Source: Pseudothermotoga sp. (GTDB taxonomy: Bacteria > Thermotogota > Thermotogae > Thermotogales > DSM-5069). Taken from it: a DNA stretch of 64,000 nucleotides. Under the pieces are notes generated by a model. That model was given only the letters and a program-made list of their open reading frames with translations. It was not told where the DNA came from and did no database searches. A program made the position numbers and the translations under genes. The DNA lies in assembly GCA_031962025.1 (NCBI GenBank), contig JAVRKW010000004.1; one strand, written 5' to 3'. Positions 13,496 to 24,394 of the stretch are shown one piece after another; the first letter of the stretch is position 1, and the number at the start of each line of letters is the position of its first letter.

Positions 13496-13693
13496 ATCAC
13501 CCCAACATATTTATATCAAATTCGTGCCAAACAAACAACATAACGCTTTTGCTCTTTAGAAGAACTTTTTTATTTTGTGCAAAACATTGCATAGAGCAAA
13601 TTTTTGCATGCAAGTTTTTACACATCAAAGTCTTTTTATTCTTGCTGACTGTCGTGGTAAACTACAATCGGAAAAATTCAGGGAGGTGTTTTT

Positions 13694-14839
13694 ATGCTGA
13701 AGAAAAACTACATTATGGCACCGGGTCCAACTCCCGTACCAATAGATGTGTTGCTTGCGGGAGCAAAAGAGACCATTCATCATCGCACACCGCAGTTCAT
13801 CGATATAATCCAGAAAACTCTGGAAGAAACCAAGTACCTTTTCCAGACATCTAACAGGGTTTATGTCTTTGTCTCGTCCGGGACAGGAGCAATGGAGGCT
13901 GCGGTGACCAATCTGGTCAATCCCGGTGAAAAGGCAATAGTGGTCGTCGCTGGAAAATTCGGAGAAAGATGGAAGGAGATCTGTCAGGCATTTGGCATCG
14001 AGGTAGTCGAGATAGCACTCGAATGGGGCGAGGCAGTCACTCCAGAACAAATAGAAGCAGCGATGAAAAAGCATCCTGAAGCAAAAGTCATTTTCACAAC
14101 GCACAGTGAGACATCCACTGGAACGGTCATTGACTTGAAAGCCATAGCAGAGCTCACGAGAAACACAGATCGCATTCTCGTAACCGATGAAGTGAGTGGC
14201 TTACTTGCCGAACCTTTGAAGATGGACGAGTGGGGTGTCGATGTAGTTGTAAGCGGTTCGCAGAAAGGTATTATGATGCCACCCGGTCTTGGATTCATCA
14301 CTTTGAGCAAGAAAGCCTGGGCACTGGTTGAGCAGAACAAATGTCCAAAATACTATTACGATCTCAGATATTACGACAAGAACTATCCAGATAATCCATG
14401 GACACCGGCTGTCAATATGATATACATGCTCAATCAAAGTGTGAAGATGCTCAAAGAAGAAGGTATAGAAAATATCTGGAACAGACACAGAGTACTTGGT
14501 GAAGCTACAAGGGCGGCAGTAAAAGCACTTGGGCTTGAGCTGTTCTCGAAAAGACCAGGAAATGTCTGTACAGCTGTGAAGGTTCCACAAGGCATAGAAG
14601 GTAAGAAGATAACAAAGATCATGCGCGACAAATATGGAGTTACAATAGCAGGCGGGCAGGGACACATAACGAACACGATTTTCAGAATAGCCCATCTTGG
14701 TTATGTTTCGATCTTTGATACAATTACTGCCATATCTGCGCTGGAATTTACACTGCATGAACTTGGTTATCCTGTTAAATTCGGTGAAGGTGTAAAGGCT
14801 GCAATGGAAGTATTTCACCGTGAGGGGGTTGCTGGATGA
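13694..14839 (+). CDS. Class V aminotransferase (serine-pyruvate/alanine-glyoxylate family)
   Basis: [41 protein letters not shown]. Confidence 0.92.
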   Translation: MLKKNYIMAPGPTPVPIDVLLAGAKETIHHRTPQFIDIIQKTLEETKYLFQTSNRVYVFVSSGTGAMEAAVTNLVNPGEKAIVVVAGKFGERWKEICQAFGIEVVEIALEWGEAVTPEQIEAAMKKHPEAKVIFTTHSETSTGTVIDLKAIAELTRNTDRILVTDEVSGLLAEPLKMDEWGVDVVVSGSQKGIMMPPGLGFITLSKKAWALVEQNKCPKYYYDLRYYDKNYPDNPWTPAVNMIYMLNQSVKMLKEEGIENIWNRHRVLGEATRAAVKALGLELFSKRPGNVCTAVKVPQGIEGKKITKIMRDKYGVTIAGGQGHITNTIFRIAHLGYVSIFDTITAISALEFTLHELGYPVKFGEGVKAAMEVFHREGVAG

Positions 14840-15747
14840 TAAGAGTTCATGTGAATGATCCATTGGATCAAGAGGCGTTGAATTTACTCAAGTCCAAGGC
14901 TCAGCTCGATGTCACCAGCGAACATCTTGAGAAAGACAAGCTGTTGAATTTGATGCCGCAGATCGAGGTGTTGATAGTCAGAAGTGCAACAAAGGTGACT
15001 AAAGAAATCATCGACATGGGTGTGAAACTCAAGATCATCGGAAGAGCTGGCGTAGGTCTGGACAACATAGATGTGAATGCCGCAAAGGAAAAAGGCGTGA
15101 AGGTGTTGAATACACCCGGTGCAAGCGCAGTATCTGTCGCAGAACTCACATTCGGTTTAATGATAAGTGCGGCAAGGCACATCGCAAGAGGAACGAAAGA
15201 TTTGAAAGACGGATTGTGGACCAAAAAGGAACTCGAAGGGCACGAACTCTTTGCAAAGACCTTGGGTATCATAGGTCTTGGAATGATAGGCAAAGAGGTC
15301 GCCAAAAGGGCTTTAGCCTTTGGAATGAAAGTAATAGCGTATGATCCCTTGGTGTCGAGTTTTGAAAATGTGAAAATGGTCGATCTGGATGAACTTTACA
15401 GATCATCTGATTTCATAACTTTGCATGTTCCAATGACTGAGCAGACAAAGCACATGATAAACCGCAAAACTATCGAAAAAATGAAAAAAGGTGTAATAAT
15501 AGTGAATGCATCCCGTGGAGGAGTAATCGACGAAGAAGCACTGTATGAAGCACTTGTCAGCGGAAAAATTTACGCGGCTGCACTCGATGTCTTTGAAGTT
15601 GAACCACCCCAAGATGAGCTCAGAAAAAAGTTGCTTCAGCTTCCAAACGTAGTTGCCACACCACATATAGGTGCTTCCACATACGAGGCACAGGAAAAAG
15701 TCGGCAGGGAGCTTGTGGAAAGAATCTTTAAAGAACTTGGAATCTAA
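14836..15747 (+). CDS. D-2-hydroxyacid dehydrogenase (hydroxypyruvate reductase / phosphoglycerate dehydrogenase-like)
   Basis: [36 protein letters not shown]; no C-terminal ACT domain. Confidence 0.88.
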   Translation: MIRVHVNDPLDQEALNLLKSKAQLDVTSEHLEKDKLLNLMPQIEVLIVRSATKVTKEIIDMGVKLKIIGRAGVGLDNIDVNAAKEKGVKVLNTPGASAVSVAELTFGLMISAARHIARGTKDLKDGLWTKKELEGHELFAKTLGIIGLGMIGKEVAKRALAFGMKVIAYDPLVSSFENVKMVDLDELYRSSDFITLHVPMTEQTKHMINRKTIEKMKKGVIIVNASRGGVIDEEALYEALVSGKIYAAALDVFEVEPPQDELRKKLLQLPNVVATPHIGASTYEAQEKVGRELVERIFKELGI

Positions 15748-15773
15748 AAGGGCGGCTTTTCAACCGCCCTTTT
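15746..15773. terminator. Bidirectional intrinsic terminator
   Basis: AAAAGGGCGG-N8-CCGCCCTTTT between convergent genes. Confidence 0.8.
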
Positions 15774-16447
15774 TATTCTACCACCGTAATTTGCTGTGCT
15801 TTTTTCATTGCATCTAAAAGTGCATCTTCGAGTTTCAATATCAATTCTGAAGAATCGGCTATCTGAGGTGTTATCTGACAGATTGCCGATACAATCTGTG
15901 GAGAATGTTTTGGGATTTTTATTCTTCTTGAATGTCTCAACAATCTTGCGACAAAAATTCTTGCACCGTCTATCTGCGTGTATGGCAGAAGGGCTATCAG
16001 GGTATTTTTGTCATAAAGAAAGATCTTGTCAGAAACCCTTGCCTGTCTTTTTGCGCTGTTGTATATAGCTCTGACGGCAAGTTCATTTTCATTCACCAAC
16101 CTCACCATGGCGATGGAAAGTGGCAGGTTGTACCTCTGCGATTTGTAGATCTCTTCATCCAGGAATGATTCAACACTGCAATGAGTGATAACATAGCAGT
16201 ACAAAAGTTTGAATTTCATCAGATAATAGTCAAGAGATTGTCCTGGTAGAAGGACATCGATGATTTGATTCAAATCTTCGGGTATGGATTTACTCACAAT
16301 CACGGTATCAATCAGTGGGTGTACTTTTTCACCAACGAAAAGATCCGCATCTTTTTCGTCAGCCACAGCCAAGCCACAGCACATACTGACTGCCTGAAGA
16401 ATATTTTGCTTGGTTTCCTCATCAGAAAGATCAATATACACCCGCAT
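15773..16447 (-). CDS. Degenerate GGDEF-domain protein
   Basis: LDEEIYKSQRYNLPLSIAMV...RVSDKIFLYDKNTLIALLPYT matches the diguanylate cyclase pattern, but GGDEF is replaced by DKNTL. Confidence 0.7.
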   Translation of the reverse strand: MRVYIDLSDEETKQNILQAVSMCCGLAVADEKDADLFVGEKVHPLIDTVIVSKSIPEDLNQIIDVLLPGQSLDYYLMKFKLLYCYVITHCSVESFLDEEIYKSQRYNLPLSIAMVRLVNENELAVRAIYNSAKRQARVSDKIFLYDKNTLIALLPYTQIDGARIFVARLLRHSRRIKIPKHSPQIVSAICQITPQIADSSELILKLEDALLDAMKKAQQITVVE

Positions 16448-17027
16448 ACTTCACGCCCGCCATTCTCAAAAAATATTCGTGTACGCGCAGATCATTCCCC
16501 AGTTCAGGATGGAAGGAACCTGCCAGTAAATTTTCCTGCTGGACGAGCACCGGAGAACCTTCGTAACTTGCCAGAACTTCTACTTTTTCACCCCATTCAA
16601 CGATCTTTGGTGCTCTGATGAAAATTGCTTTGAACCCGTCTCCTATTGACTTGATGTCCAAATAGACTTCGAAGCTTTCAACCTGCCTGCCGTAAGCATT
16701 TCTCTCTACGGTGATGTCCATCAATCCAAAACTGTACTGATCAGGATAATTTGCTATCTTTTTTGCCAGAAGGATCATGCCGGCACAGGTACCATAAACA
16801 GGCATACCCTCTAAAACTCTCTTTTTGAGCTCATCTGCTATGCCGGTTATTCTCGCAAGTCTACCAATTGTTGTTGACTCACCACCGGGTATTATAAGTC
16901 CTCTGACCCTTTTTAAATCATCGACGGTCTTGACAATTATTGCCTCGGCATGAAGTTTCTGCAAAGCCCACAGATGTTCTCTAAAGTCCCCCTGCAATCC
17001 AAGAACTCCAACAACCAATTTTACCAT
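16431..17027 (-). CDS. pdxT: Pyridoxal 5'-phosphate synthase glutaminase subunit
   Basis: [42 protein letters not shown]. Confidence 0.97.
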   Translation of the reverse strand: MVKLVVGVLGLQGDFREHLWALQKLHAEAIIVKTVDDLKRVRGLIIPGGESTTIGRLARITGIADELKKRVLEGMPVYGTCAGMILLAKKIANYPDQYSFGLMDITVERNAYGRQVESFEVYLDIKSIGDGFKAIFIRAPKIVEWGEKVEVLASYEGSPVLVQQENLLAGSFHPELGNDLRVHEYFLRMAGVKYAGVY

Positions 17028-17896
17028 CCTCTCTCCTGCATGCGGACTTCAAGTGATTCAACCTCAAGTCCCGGCATAGGTTCTCCTATATCTTCGGATA
17101 CTTTTAAGAGCATCTCTGGATCGTTCCAGTAAGTAACTGCCATGACTATTGCCCTTGCCATCTTTGCGGGATCTTTTGATTTGAAGATTCCAGATCCCAC
17201 AAAAACTCCATCGGCACCGAGCATCATCATCAAAGCGGCATCTGCAGGTGTAGCAACTCCGCCGGCTGCGAAATTCACAACGGGCAGTCTTCCAAGCCTT
17301 TTAACCTCTCTCACAAGCTCAACGGGTGCTCCTATTTCTTTGGCGTATGCAACAAGTTCATCGTCGAGCATCGTCGTAACTTTTCTTATGTCGTCCATGA
17401 CCCTTCTCATGTGCTTTACGGCTTCTACGACATTACCCGTTCCAGCCTCACCTTTGGTTCTAATCATCGCAGCACCTTCGGCGATTCTTCTGAGTGCTTC
17501 TCCAAGGTCCCGTGCACCGCAAACAAATGGTACTTTGAATTCGTGCTTGTTGATGTGAAATCTATCGTCTGCTGGAGTGAGCACCTCGGATTCGTCTATG
17601 AAATCTACCCCGAGTGCCTCCAAGATTCTGGCTTCTGCAATGTGACCGATTCTCACCTTTGCCATGACGGGTATCGAAACAGCTTCCATTATTTCTTTTA
17701 TTTTGGCGATGCTTGCCATGCGCGCCACTCCACCGGCTTTTCTTATATCAGCCGGGACACGTTCAAGCGCCATAACAGCTACCGCACCGGCTTCTTCTGC
17801 AATTTTTGCCTGTTCCGCGGTCGTCACGTCCATTATGACTCCGCCTTTAAACATATCTGCGAATCCGGTTTTCACAGTCCAGGTTCCTTTTTCCAT
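17021..17896 (-). CDS. pdxS: Pyridoxal 5'-phosphate synthase lyase subunit
   Basis: [41 protein letters not shown]. Confidence 0.98.
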   Translation of the reverse strand: MEKGTWTVKTGFADMFKGGVIMDVTTAEQAKIAEEAGAVAVMALERVPADIRKAGGVARMASIAKIKEIMEAVSIPVMAKVRIGHIAEARILEALGVDFIDESEVLTPADDRFHINKHEFKVPFVCGARDLGEALRRIAEGAAMIRTKGEAGTGNVVEAVKHMRRVMDDIRKVTTMLDDELVAYAKEIGAPVELVREVKRLGRLPVVNFAAGGVATPADAALMMMLGADGVFVGSGIFKSKDPAKMARAIVMAVTYWNDPEMLLKVSEDIGEPMPGLEVESLEVRMQERGW

Positions 17897-17902
17897 AGCT
17901 AT

Positions 17903-19204
17903 TCACACCTCCTCCCAATATCTTTTTGGAACAATCTCAAGCCTTGAAAGATCCTGTTTGGACCTGCCAACTTTTGCGCAGGGCTTTTTATTCACTTCGA
18001 CGATGTCTGCAGTTATATCAACTTTATGCCTGAGCAATTTTGAACCAACTGCGTAGACATCAACCGGCACCTTTAGTTTTTCAAAAAGCGCTATCCTATC
18101 GGCATCAAAACCACCGGATACAACTATTTTTAAACCTTTTAAGCCGACTTTATCGAATTCCTGTCTTGCACGCCAGACCAGTTCAGGGCAAACTCCAAGT
18201 GAAGATTCATCTCTGGGAACAACGGAAACATCCCTGAGATTTCCAGATGTATCGAAGCGAACACCCCAGATCTTTCCCTTTCCTTCTCCTATAATGGGAG
18301 CGGGATCTGTTACACCAAGAACAAAGGGTTTTCCAGTCTGTTCTTCATAGAATGCCTTAATCACTTTAAAAGTTGTCCCGATGACATCATTGTCCCAGTC
18401 CACCAGAATAATGCGATTCACACTCGCCGGCATGTGTTTGTCAAAGGCAATAGCAGCGGCTTCGGTGCTACCGTCATAAGCTGCTATCAGCGCGTGGGGC
18501 ATTGTTCCCATCGATTCTGCACCCCAGTAATCTGCATTTGCATCAGTTGAGACGCCAAACGCACCGGCACACAGAGCAGCGTAACCATCGGTCGTCTGGA
18601 CCCAATAATGGTCAAATCTCGCGCTGAAATAGAGAACAGGCTTACCGTTTGCCGCTTTTACAACATTTTTGACAGCCGTCGCAGTACTCGTTGCACGTGC
18701 TATGACACCCAACAGGATTGTTTCAAGATAACCAAAATACGTTGGATCACCCTCTATGGTCATTATTGGTTCCCATTCTTTTGCTTCTTCACCATCGTAC
18801 AGAGCCTTTACTTCTATTTCTTCCCATTTATCCACCCACAGATCGTTCAGTTTCATTCTCAATTCCCATTTCTTTTTTGTATAATCCAGGACAAGATCGG
18901 TTTTCATGTCCACCGATGCAGCCTGTATTGCTTTGTCGAGCATCAGGGTTTGTCTAAAAATTTCCTTTGCCTTTTCTTCATCGCGGTAATATCCGGTTGC
19001 AAATCTGAGTATTGCAAGTGCTTCATCTAAACCAACCACCACACAATCTTTTCTTGGAAAAAATTGGTACAAAACCTGCGGGTGTCTATTATCTTTTTTC
19101 AGCACCTCAACGTATCTTGTGAAATAGATGTCAGAGTAATAATTGTTTCGTATGCGGTCTATTGGTACCTTGAATACTTTTGGGTCCAGCCTCTTTTTTC
19201 TCAT
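17903..19204 (-). CDS. Nicotinate phosphoribosyltransferase-like protein
   Basis: YSDIYF, FSARFDH, GTMPHALI, LVDWDND, GVRFDTSG, VSGGF; coupled to a nicotinamidase gene. Confidence 0.82.
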   Translation of the reverse strand: MRKKRLDPKVFKVPIDRIRNNYYSDIYFTRYVEVLKKDNRHPQVLYQFFPRKDCVVVGLDEALAILRFATGYYRDEEKAKEIFRQTLMLDKAIQAASVDMKTDLVLDYTKKKWELRMKLNDLWVDKWEEIEVKALYDGEEAKEWEPIMTIEGDPTYFGYLETILLGVIARATSTATAVKNVVKAANGKPVLYFSARFDHYWVQTTDGYAALCAGAFGVSTDANADYWGAESMGTMPHALIAAYDGSTEAAAIAFDKHMPASVNRIILVDWDNDVIGTTFKVIKAFYEEQTGKPFVLGVTDPAPIIGEGKGKIWGVRFDTSGNLRDVSVVPRDESSLGVCPELVWRARQEFDKVGLKGLKIVVSGGFDADRIALFEKLKVPVDVYAVGSKLLRHKVDITADIVEVNKKPCAKVGRSKQDLSRLEIVPKRYWEEV

Positions 19205-19728
19205 TGGACCACCTCGGCACCGAGAACGTCTTTCATCAACCTGATAGCACATCTGTGTAACTGTGAATCGTACGACGCGGTGGCTTTTTCATGCACTCTC
19301 ACCTTTATTCCCCTGTTTCTCAATTCCTCAACTGTGAAAAGAACACATATATGAGTGACAACACCGCATACATCAACTTCGCTTATTGAAAATCTGCCGA
19401 TTAACTCGTCCAGATTCGTACCGTAAAAGGCACTGTATCTGGTTTTATGAATCGAAAAATGTTTTTCATAGTTCTCAAGCTGTGTTTTCAGGGGTTCAAC
19501 GATTTCTGCGCCCGGGGTATTTTTAACACAATGTCTTTGCCACAAGGCAAACTCGGCATCATCGAAATCGTGCCAGTCCTGTGTTGTGATTATTATCCAG
19601 GAATTTTCAATTGCCTTTTTTGCCAGATCAATCGCAGGCGCGATTACCTTTTCTGCGCCCGCAAAATAAAGAGCACCGTTTTGCTGGACAAAATCATTCT
19701 GTAAATCCACAATTATCAAGGCGCGCAT
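19201..19728 (-). CDS. Nicotinamidase / isochorismatase family hydrolase (PncA-like)
   Basis: VDLQNDF, QDWH, HCV, KTRYSAF, GVVTHICV. Confidence 0.88.
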   Translation of the reverse strand: MRALIIVDLQNDFVQQNGALYFAGAEKVIAPAIDLAKKAIENSWIIITTQDWHDFDDAEFALWQRHCVKNTPGAEIVEPLKTQLENYEKHFSIHKTRYSAFYGTNLDELIGRFSISEVDVCGVVTHICVLFTVEELRNRGIKVRVHEKATASYDSQLHRCAIRLMKDVLGAEVVQ

Positions 19729-19754
19729 CTGTCTACCTCCAGATTGGCGCACAT

Positions 19755-20729
19755 CTATCTTATTGGTTTGTCCTTTGTTGCATTCTCAAGAGCAAGCAGC
19801 CTTTCCCAGCGTCTGTCTACGTACTGTTGAATTTCATTGATTATTTCCTGAGCATCCGGTCTTTGCAGCATCAATCTGAATCTTTCCTGTGCCTTTATAA
19901 ACTCAGAAACGGGCTTAAAAGTATTTGGTTTTCTTGTTATTCTGTAGACTCCACGGTCCACTTCATACAGGGGCCAGTATTTGGTCTGAACGGCGAGTTT
20001 TGTGATATCCACCGTTTGATCTTCAGGAACCCTCCAGTATCTCACACAAGGACTGAGAGCGGCAATGAAAGAGGGACCTTCAAAAGATAGGGCTTTTTCG
20101 ATCTTGCTCATGAAATCCATTGGCTCACTAATGGTCACTGTTGCAGCATAGACATATTCATGTCCTGCGATTATCTCGACTATATTCTTCTTCAACTGAA
20201 CCTTTCCGGGGATCTTTTTCCCGACAGGGGCGGTTGTCGTATCTGCACCCGGGGGTGTTGAACCGGATCTCTGATTTCCCGTGTTCATGTACCCTTCGTT
20301 GTCGTAGAGAATGTAAATGAATTTGTGACCTCTTTCCACAGCACCTGAAAGCGATTGAAGACCTATATCGTATGTGCCACCATCACCACCGAAGGCAAAG
20401 AATGCGTATTTTTTATCAGAGGGTATTTTTCCCGCTTTTTTCAAAGCTCTATACGCAGTTTCAACACCACTTATTGTTGCTGCCACATTTTCAAATGCGT
20501 TGTGTATATATGGGACACTCCAGGAAGTAAATGGGTATATTGTCGAAGAAACTTCCATACAGCCGGTTGCAAAACCAATAACAGGTTCATAGCCAAGGGT
20601 TTTCGCAGTCATCAAAGCCAGCTTCACTGTTATTGGTGCACCACAGCCCGGGCACATCCTGTGACCCTGTGTTAGTCCAGTTTCTTTATCGGTGAAAACT
20701 TCTGCAAGTTTCTTCATGGTCAACGGCAT
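19755..20729 (-). CDS. porB: Pyruvate:ferredoxin oxidoreductase beta subunit
   Basis: GHRMCPGC, ATGCMEV, GGDGGTYDIG, DNEGYMNTG. Confidence 0.93.
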   Translation of the reverse strand: MPLTMKKLAEVFTDKETGLTQGHRMCPGCGAPITVKLALMTAKTLGYEPVIGFATGCMEVSSTIYPFTSWSVPYIHNAFENVAATISGVETAYRALKKAGKIPSDKKYAFFAFGGDGGTYDIGLQSLSGAVERGHKFIYILYDNEGYMNTGNQRSGSTPPGADTTTAPVGKKIPGKVQLKKNIVEIIAGHEYVYAATVTISEPMDFMSKIEKALSFEGPSFIAALSPCVRYWRVPEDQTVDITKLAVQTKYWPLYEVDRGVYRITRKPNTFKPVSEFIKAQERFRLMLQRPDAQEIINEIQQYVDRRWERLLALENATKDKPIR

Positions 20730-20742
20730 ACAATGCACCTCC

Positions 20743-21924
20743 TCATTCTCTAAGACCAAGGTACAGTTCCTGGTCCGCAACAAGTTCATGTCTCATGGCT
20801 TTTTCAAATGCAAATCTTATATGTTCCGGGTTTATGTCTCTTCCGCCAAGGCCATAGACAAAAGATCCAAGTAAAGGTCTTGATGCAGCTTCATAGAGAG
20901 AAGACTTTATTGCTTCATAAAGTGGTGCCTCAGCTCCAAATGAAGCTGACCTGTCCAGCACGACAACTGCTCTTCTTCCAGTTAAAAGTCGCTGAATCTC
21001 GGCTTTGGGGAATGGTCTGAACATCCATATTTTCAGCAAGCCCACTTTTTTACCTTCTTCTCTCAACTGGTCAACGACGTATTTGATCGTTCCATTTGTT
21101 GAACCCAGAGCAACCATGACGTACTGTGCATCATCCATTTTGTATGGTTCCACGAAATTGTATTTTCTGCCGGTTATTTTGTAAAATTCCTCGGCTATAC
21201 CTGGAAAGATCTTGAACACGTTCTTCATCGCTTCAATCTGCTGTCGCTTGTGTTCAAAGTAATAATCATACAGATCAAGAGGACCGTATGTGACGGGATG
21301 TTCTGTATCGAGCAACGGGTACAATGGTTTGAGTTCACCCACAAAATTCTTTACAACTTCATCGGGTAACAGTTCAACAGGTTCAACACCATGGGAAATT
21401 ATGAACCCATCCTGATTCACCATGACAGGGAGTCTTACCTGTTCATGCTCCGCAAGCCTGACTGCCATGATTGTCAGATCGTAAACTTCCTGAGCATCTT
21501 CGCAGAACAGCTGTATCCATCCAGAATCTCTTTCTGCCATCGTGTCACTGTGGTCGCAGTGGATGTTTATTGGACCGCTCAGTGCTCTATTGACAACGGG
21601 CATTACCACTGGCAGTCTCATAGAAGCGGCAATGTACACGATTTCATGCATGAGAGCCAGTCCGTTTGCGCTTGTCGCAGTCATCGCTCTTGCGCCCGCA
21701 GCCGCCGCACCAACAACAGCACTCATGGCACTGTGCTCACTTTCAACGGGTATCATCTCTGTTCTCACTACACCATCAGCAACGTATTTTGCAAAGTATT
21801 CAACTATTGGTGTCTGCGGAGTGATTGGATAAGCAGCCACAACATCCGGTTCAATCTGTTTCATAGCGTATGCGGCTGCCTGTGCACCCGTGATTGCTTC
21901 TTTATGAGTTTTAATCATATTCAT
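20743..21924 (-). CDS. porA: Pyruvate:ferredoxin oxidoreductase alpha subunit
   Basis: AAYPITPQT, ESEHSAMS, TATSANGL, INIHCDHSD, YGLGGRD. Confidence 0.94.
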   Translation of the reverse strand: MNMIKTHKEAITGAQAAAYAMKQIEPDVVAAYPITPQTPIVEYFAKYVADGVVRTEMIPVESEHSAMSAVVGAAAAGARAMTATSANGLALMHEIVYIAASMRLPVVMPVVNRALSGPINIHCDHSDTMAERDSGWIQLFCEDAQEVYDLTIMAVRLAEHEQVRLPVMVNQDGFIISHGVEPVELLPDEVVKNFVGELKPLYPLLDTEHPVTYGPLDLYDYYFEHKRQQIEAMKNVFKIFPGIAEEFYKITGRKYNFVEPYKMDDAQYVMVALGSTNGTIKYVVDQLREEGKKVGLLKIWMFRPFPKAEIQRLLTGRRAVVVLDRSASFGAEAPLYEAIKSSLYEAASRPLLGSFVYGLGGRDINPEHIRFAFEKAMRHELVADQELYLGLRE

Positions 21925-22223
21925 TCCTCCTTGTGTACAAATTCAGTCTCGGGTTTCATTTCAATGGCTTTTTTCGGACAGACATTCGCACAGATGCCGC
22001 AACCTTTGCAATAAAAGTAATTGATGCCTTTCATCACAGAATTCTCCTGCATGATTGCCTGATCCGGACAGTAAAACCAGCACATCATACAATCTATACA
22101 TTTGGATCTATCGTAAACCGGTCTTTTTACACGCCAGTCACCTGTTCTGTACTTGCGAGCAGTACCCGGTTCCGTTATGATTCCACCGATTGGAATCTCG
22201 TTCCATTTCTTGAGCTCAGCCAC
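21921..22223 (-). CDS. porD: Pyruvate:ferredoxin oxidoreductase delta subunit
   Basis: TGDWR, CIDCMMCWFYCP, CKGCGICANVCP. Confidence 0.93.
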   Translation of the reverse strand: MAELKKWNEIPIGGIITEPGTARKYRTGDWRVKRPVYDRSKCIDCMMCWFYCPDQAIMQENSVMKGINYFYCKGCGICANVCPKKAIEMKPETEFVHKEE

Positions 22224-22788
22224 TGCAGCTCACCTCCTCATAGCCTCTCCTCAAAGCCCTGATATTTGCTTGAAGCATATCTGCGGAAAGCTTCTTTTCA
22301 AACATTCCGCGGATTTTCTGTTCAGCCGCTTCGAGTGTAATCAGCCCTGTAACCTTGGCGATGGTTCCAAGTATCACGGTATTGGGTATACCTCTTTTGA
22401 TCTCTTCAAGGGCGATATCCGTTGCTCTTATAGTGCATATCTTTCCGTTGAATCCCGTCTTTTTTCTGATGTATTCAATTGGATGAGTTGTGTTGACTAT
22501 TAACACACCTTTTTCGTCCAGACCCTCGACAACGCTCGCAGAAAGAAGTGTGTCATCTATGACTACAACAACATTTGGCTTCTCAACTGCGGAATGGATT
22601 GTTATTCTCTGATCACTGATTCTGTTGAAGGCTTTCATTGGAGCTCCTGATCTCTCAGCACCGTATTCAGGAAAAGCCTGAGCATATTTACCCATGTCCA
22701 GAACAGCTTCGGCAAGCAACTGAGAAGCACTTTTTGCACCTTGTCCTGCTCTTGAGTGCCACCTGATCTCATAGTATTTGGTAGACAC
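22216..22788 (-). CDS. porC: Pyruvate:ferredoxin oxidoreductase gamma subunit
   Basis: EIRWHSRAGQG, FPEYGAERSGAP, PNTVILG; GTG start after GGAGGG. Confidence 0.92.
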   Translation of the reverse strand: MSTKYYEIRWHSRAGQGAKSASQLLAEAVLDMGKYAQAFPEYGAERSGAPMKAFNRISDQRITIHSAVEKPNVVVVIDDTLLSASVVEGLDEKGVLIVNTTHPIEYIRKKTGFNGKICTIRATDIALEEIKRGIPNTVILGTIAKVTGLITLEAAEQKIRGMFEKKLSADMLQANIRALRRGYEEVSCSG

Positions 22789-22789
22789 T

Positions 22790-24394
22790 TTATCCCTCCT
22801 CTCGAAGTTTTTCATCCAGATACATTCGGTAATCGAGCCACGGAAAAATGGCGTCCATTTTTTCAATTTTTTCAAGATACTGCTCATCTATATTATTGCT
22901 CATAAACTGATTCTCAAGATCTAAAAACCTTTTCACATGCGTTTTGATTCTGTTAACAGCATATTCGACGCTGGTTCTTGTGGTTAAAATGAATGCCCAA
23001 TCACTGGATTGTAAAAGCAAAAGTTCTCTGAGCATCTGGTTCAGTACTCTGATTTTCAGTGGATCGGTTTCATTTTCATACTGCCTTGCCAGTTTTGTCA
23101 TGCGGTCATGGAGTTCATTCATGTGCAGGTATATCCAGTCATTGTGTCCATTCAGCCAGGTCTCGTTGTAACCACCAGATCCCCATGAAGAAGTGGCTGG
23201 TGTGAGTATCTGGAATGTATCAAATTTCTCCAGAATGTCTAAAGCCGTTGCCACTCTTAGAGACTTGTTTTTGGCGGCTTCTCTGAAGAAGTATTCGATG
23301 AATTCTGGACCTTCAAACCACCAGTGTCCGAACAGTTCTGTATCAAACGGAGCTACGATCACCGGCGGTTGTCCGAAAACATCGTACAGTTTTTGTATCT
23401 GATCGAGTTTTTTGTTGAGAAAGTCTATTGCGTGTTCTTTAGCGGCATTCAGAGCTTCCTGACGATTGTACAACTGCTTCTGGTTTAGAGGTGTCTGCTT
23501 GGAAGTTATTCTGTGGTATTTTATTCCGGTATTGACTCTCACACCGCTTGGGTCGATGTAAGGTTTTATATAATCAAAATCTCTGTCAAATCCAACATCT
23601 CTGTAGAATTCTCTGTATCTGTAATCACCAGGATATCCAGTCGTTGCACTCCACACCTGCTCGCTTGACTGTGGATCTCTTGCAAAAACAAAGACGCCCG
23701 AAGGAGTCATCACAGGTCTGTATACACCGTATTTTGGTTTCTCATCAGCATACCACAATCCATGCGAATCAACAAAAAAGAATTCCAGCCCGTGTCTTTT
23801 TAGAAATTCATCGAGCCCTTGAAAATAACCGCATTCAGCGAGCCAGATTCCTTTTGGTGCAAAACCCAATCTCTCCTGAAATGCCCGCACCCCTATGCCG
23901 ATCTGTGCATTAACGGCATTTGGTTGATGCTGCATCAGAGGCAGAAATGCATGAGTGGCATTACAGGTGATGAGTTCTAAATAACCTTCATTGGCGTATT
24001 TTGCAAAACCTTTTGAAAGATCGTAATTGAGATTTTCGTAATATTCCAGAACCTGTGTGAATCTGTCTTTATAGAAAACAGCCAGAGCCTTTTCTTCCTG
24101 GCTCTGGGCATGTGAGATCTCTTTATCGCTCAGCTCTATCAATTTGTTTATGTGTGAGATGAATTTTTCTGTAAGTCCATTTGTTTTTGTCATCTCAAGC
24201 AGTGGAGGGGTAAGGGAGATGGTTAGCTTGAAAGGTATGCCGTCTTTTTCAAGCCTGTCAAAAACCATCAGAAGAGGTATGTAGCTTTCTATCAGTGCTT
24301 CGAAGAACCATCTCTCTTCAAGAAAAGTTTCATGCTCTGGATGATGAACGTATGGAAGATGAGAATGAAGAGTCAAACAAAAATACCCAGTCAT
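22790..24394 (-). CDS. GH57 glycoside hydrolase, branching-enzyme type (with C-terminal DUF1957)
   Basis: LHSHLPYV, THAFLP, WLAECG, APFDTELFGHWWFEG, QSSDWAF. Confidence 0.92.
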   Translation of the reverse strand: MTGYFCLTLHSHLPYVHHPEHETFLEERWFFEALIESYIPLLMVFDRLEKDGIPFKLTISLTPPLLEMTKTNGLTEKFISHINKLIELSDKEISHAQSQEEKALAVFYKDRFTQVLEYYENLNYDLSKGFAKYANEGYLELITCNATHAFLPLMQHQPNAVNAQIGIGVRAFQERLGFAPKGIWLAECGYFQGLDEFLKRHGLEFFFVDSHGLWYADEKPKYGVYRPVMTPSGVFVFARDPQSSEQVWSATTGYPGDYRYREFYRDVGFDRDFDYIKPYIDPSGVRVNTGIKYHRITSKQTPLNQKQLYNRQEALNAAKEHAIDFLNKKLDQIQKLYDVFGQPPVIVAPFDTELFGHWWFEGPEFIEYFFREAAKNKSLRVATALDILEKFDTFQILTPATSSWGSGGYNETWLNGHNDWIYLHMNELHDRMTKLARQYENETDPLKIRVLNQMLRELLLLQSSDWAFILTTRTSVEYAVNRIKTHVKRFLDLENQFMSNNIDEQYLEKIEKMDAIFPWLDYRMYLDEKLREEG

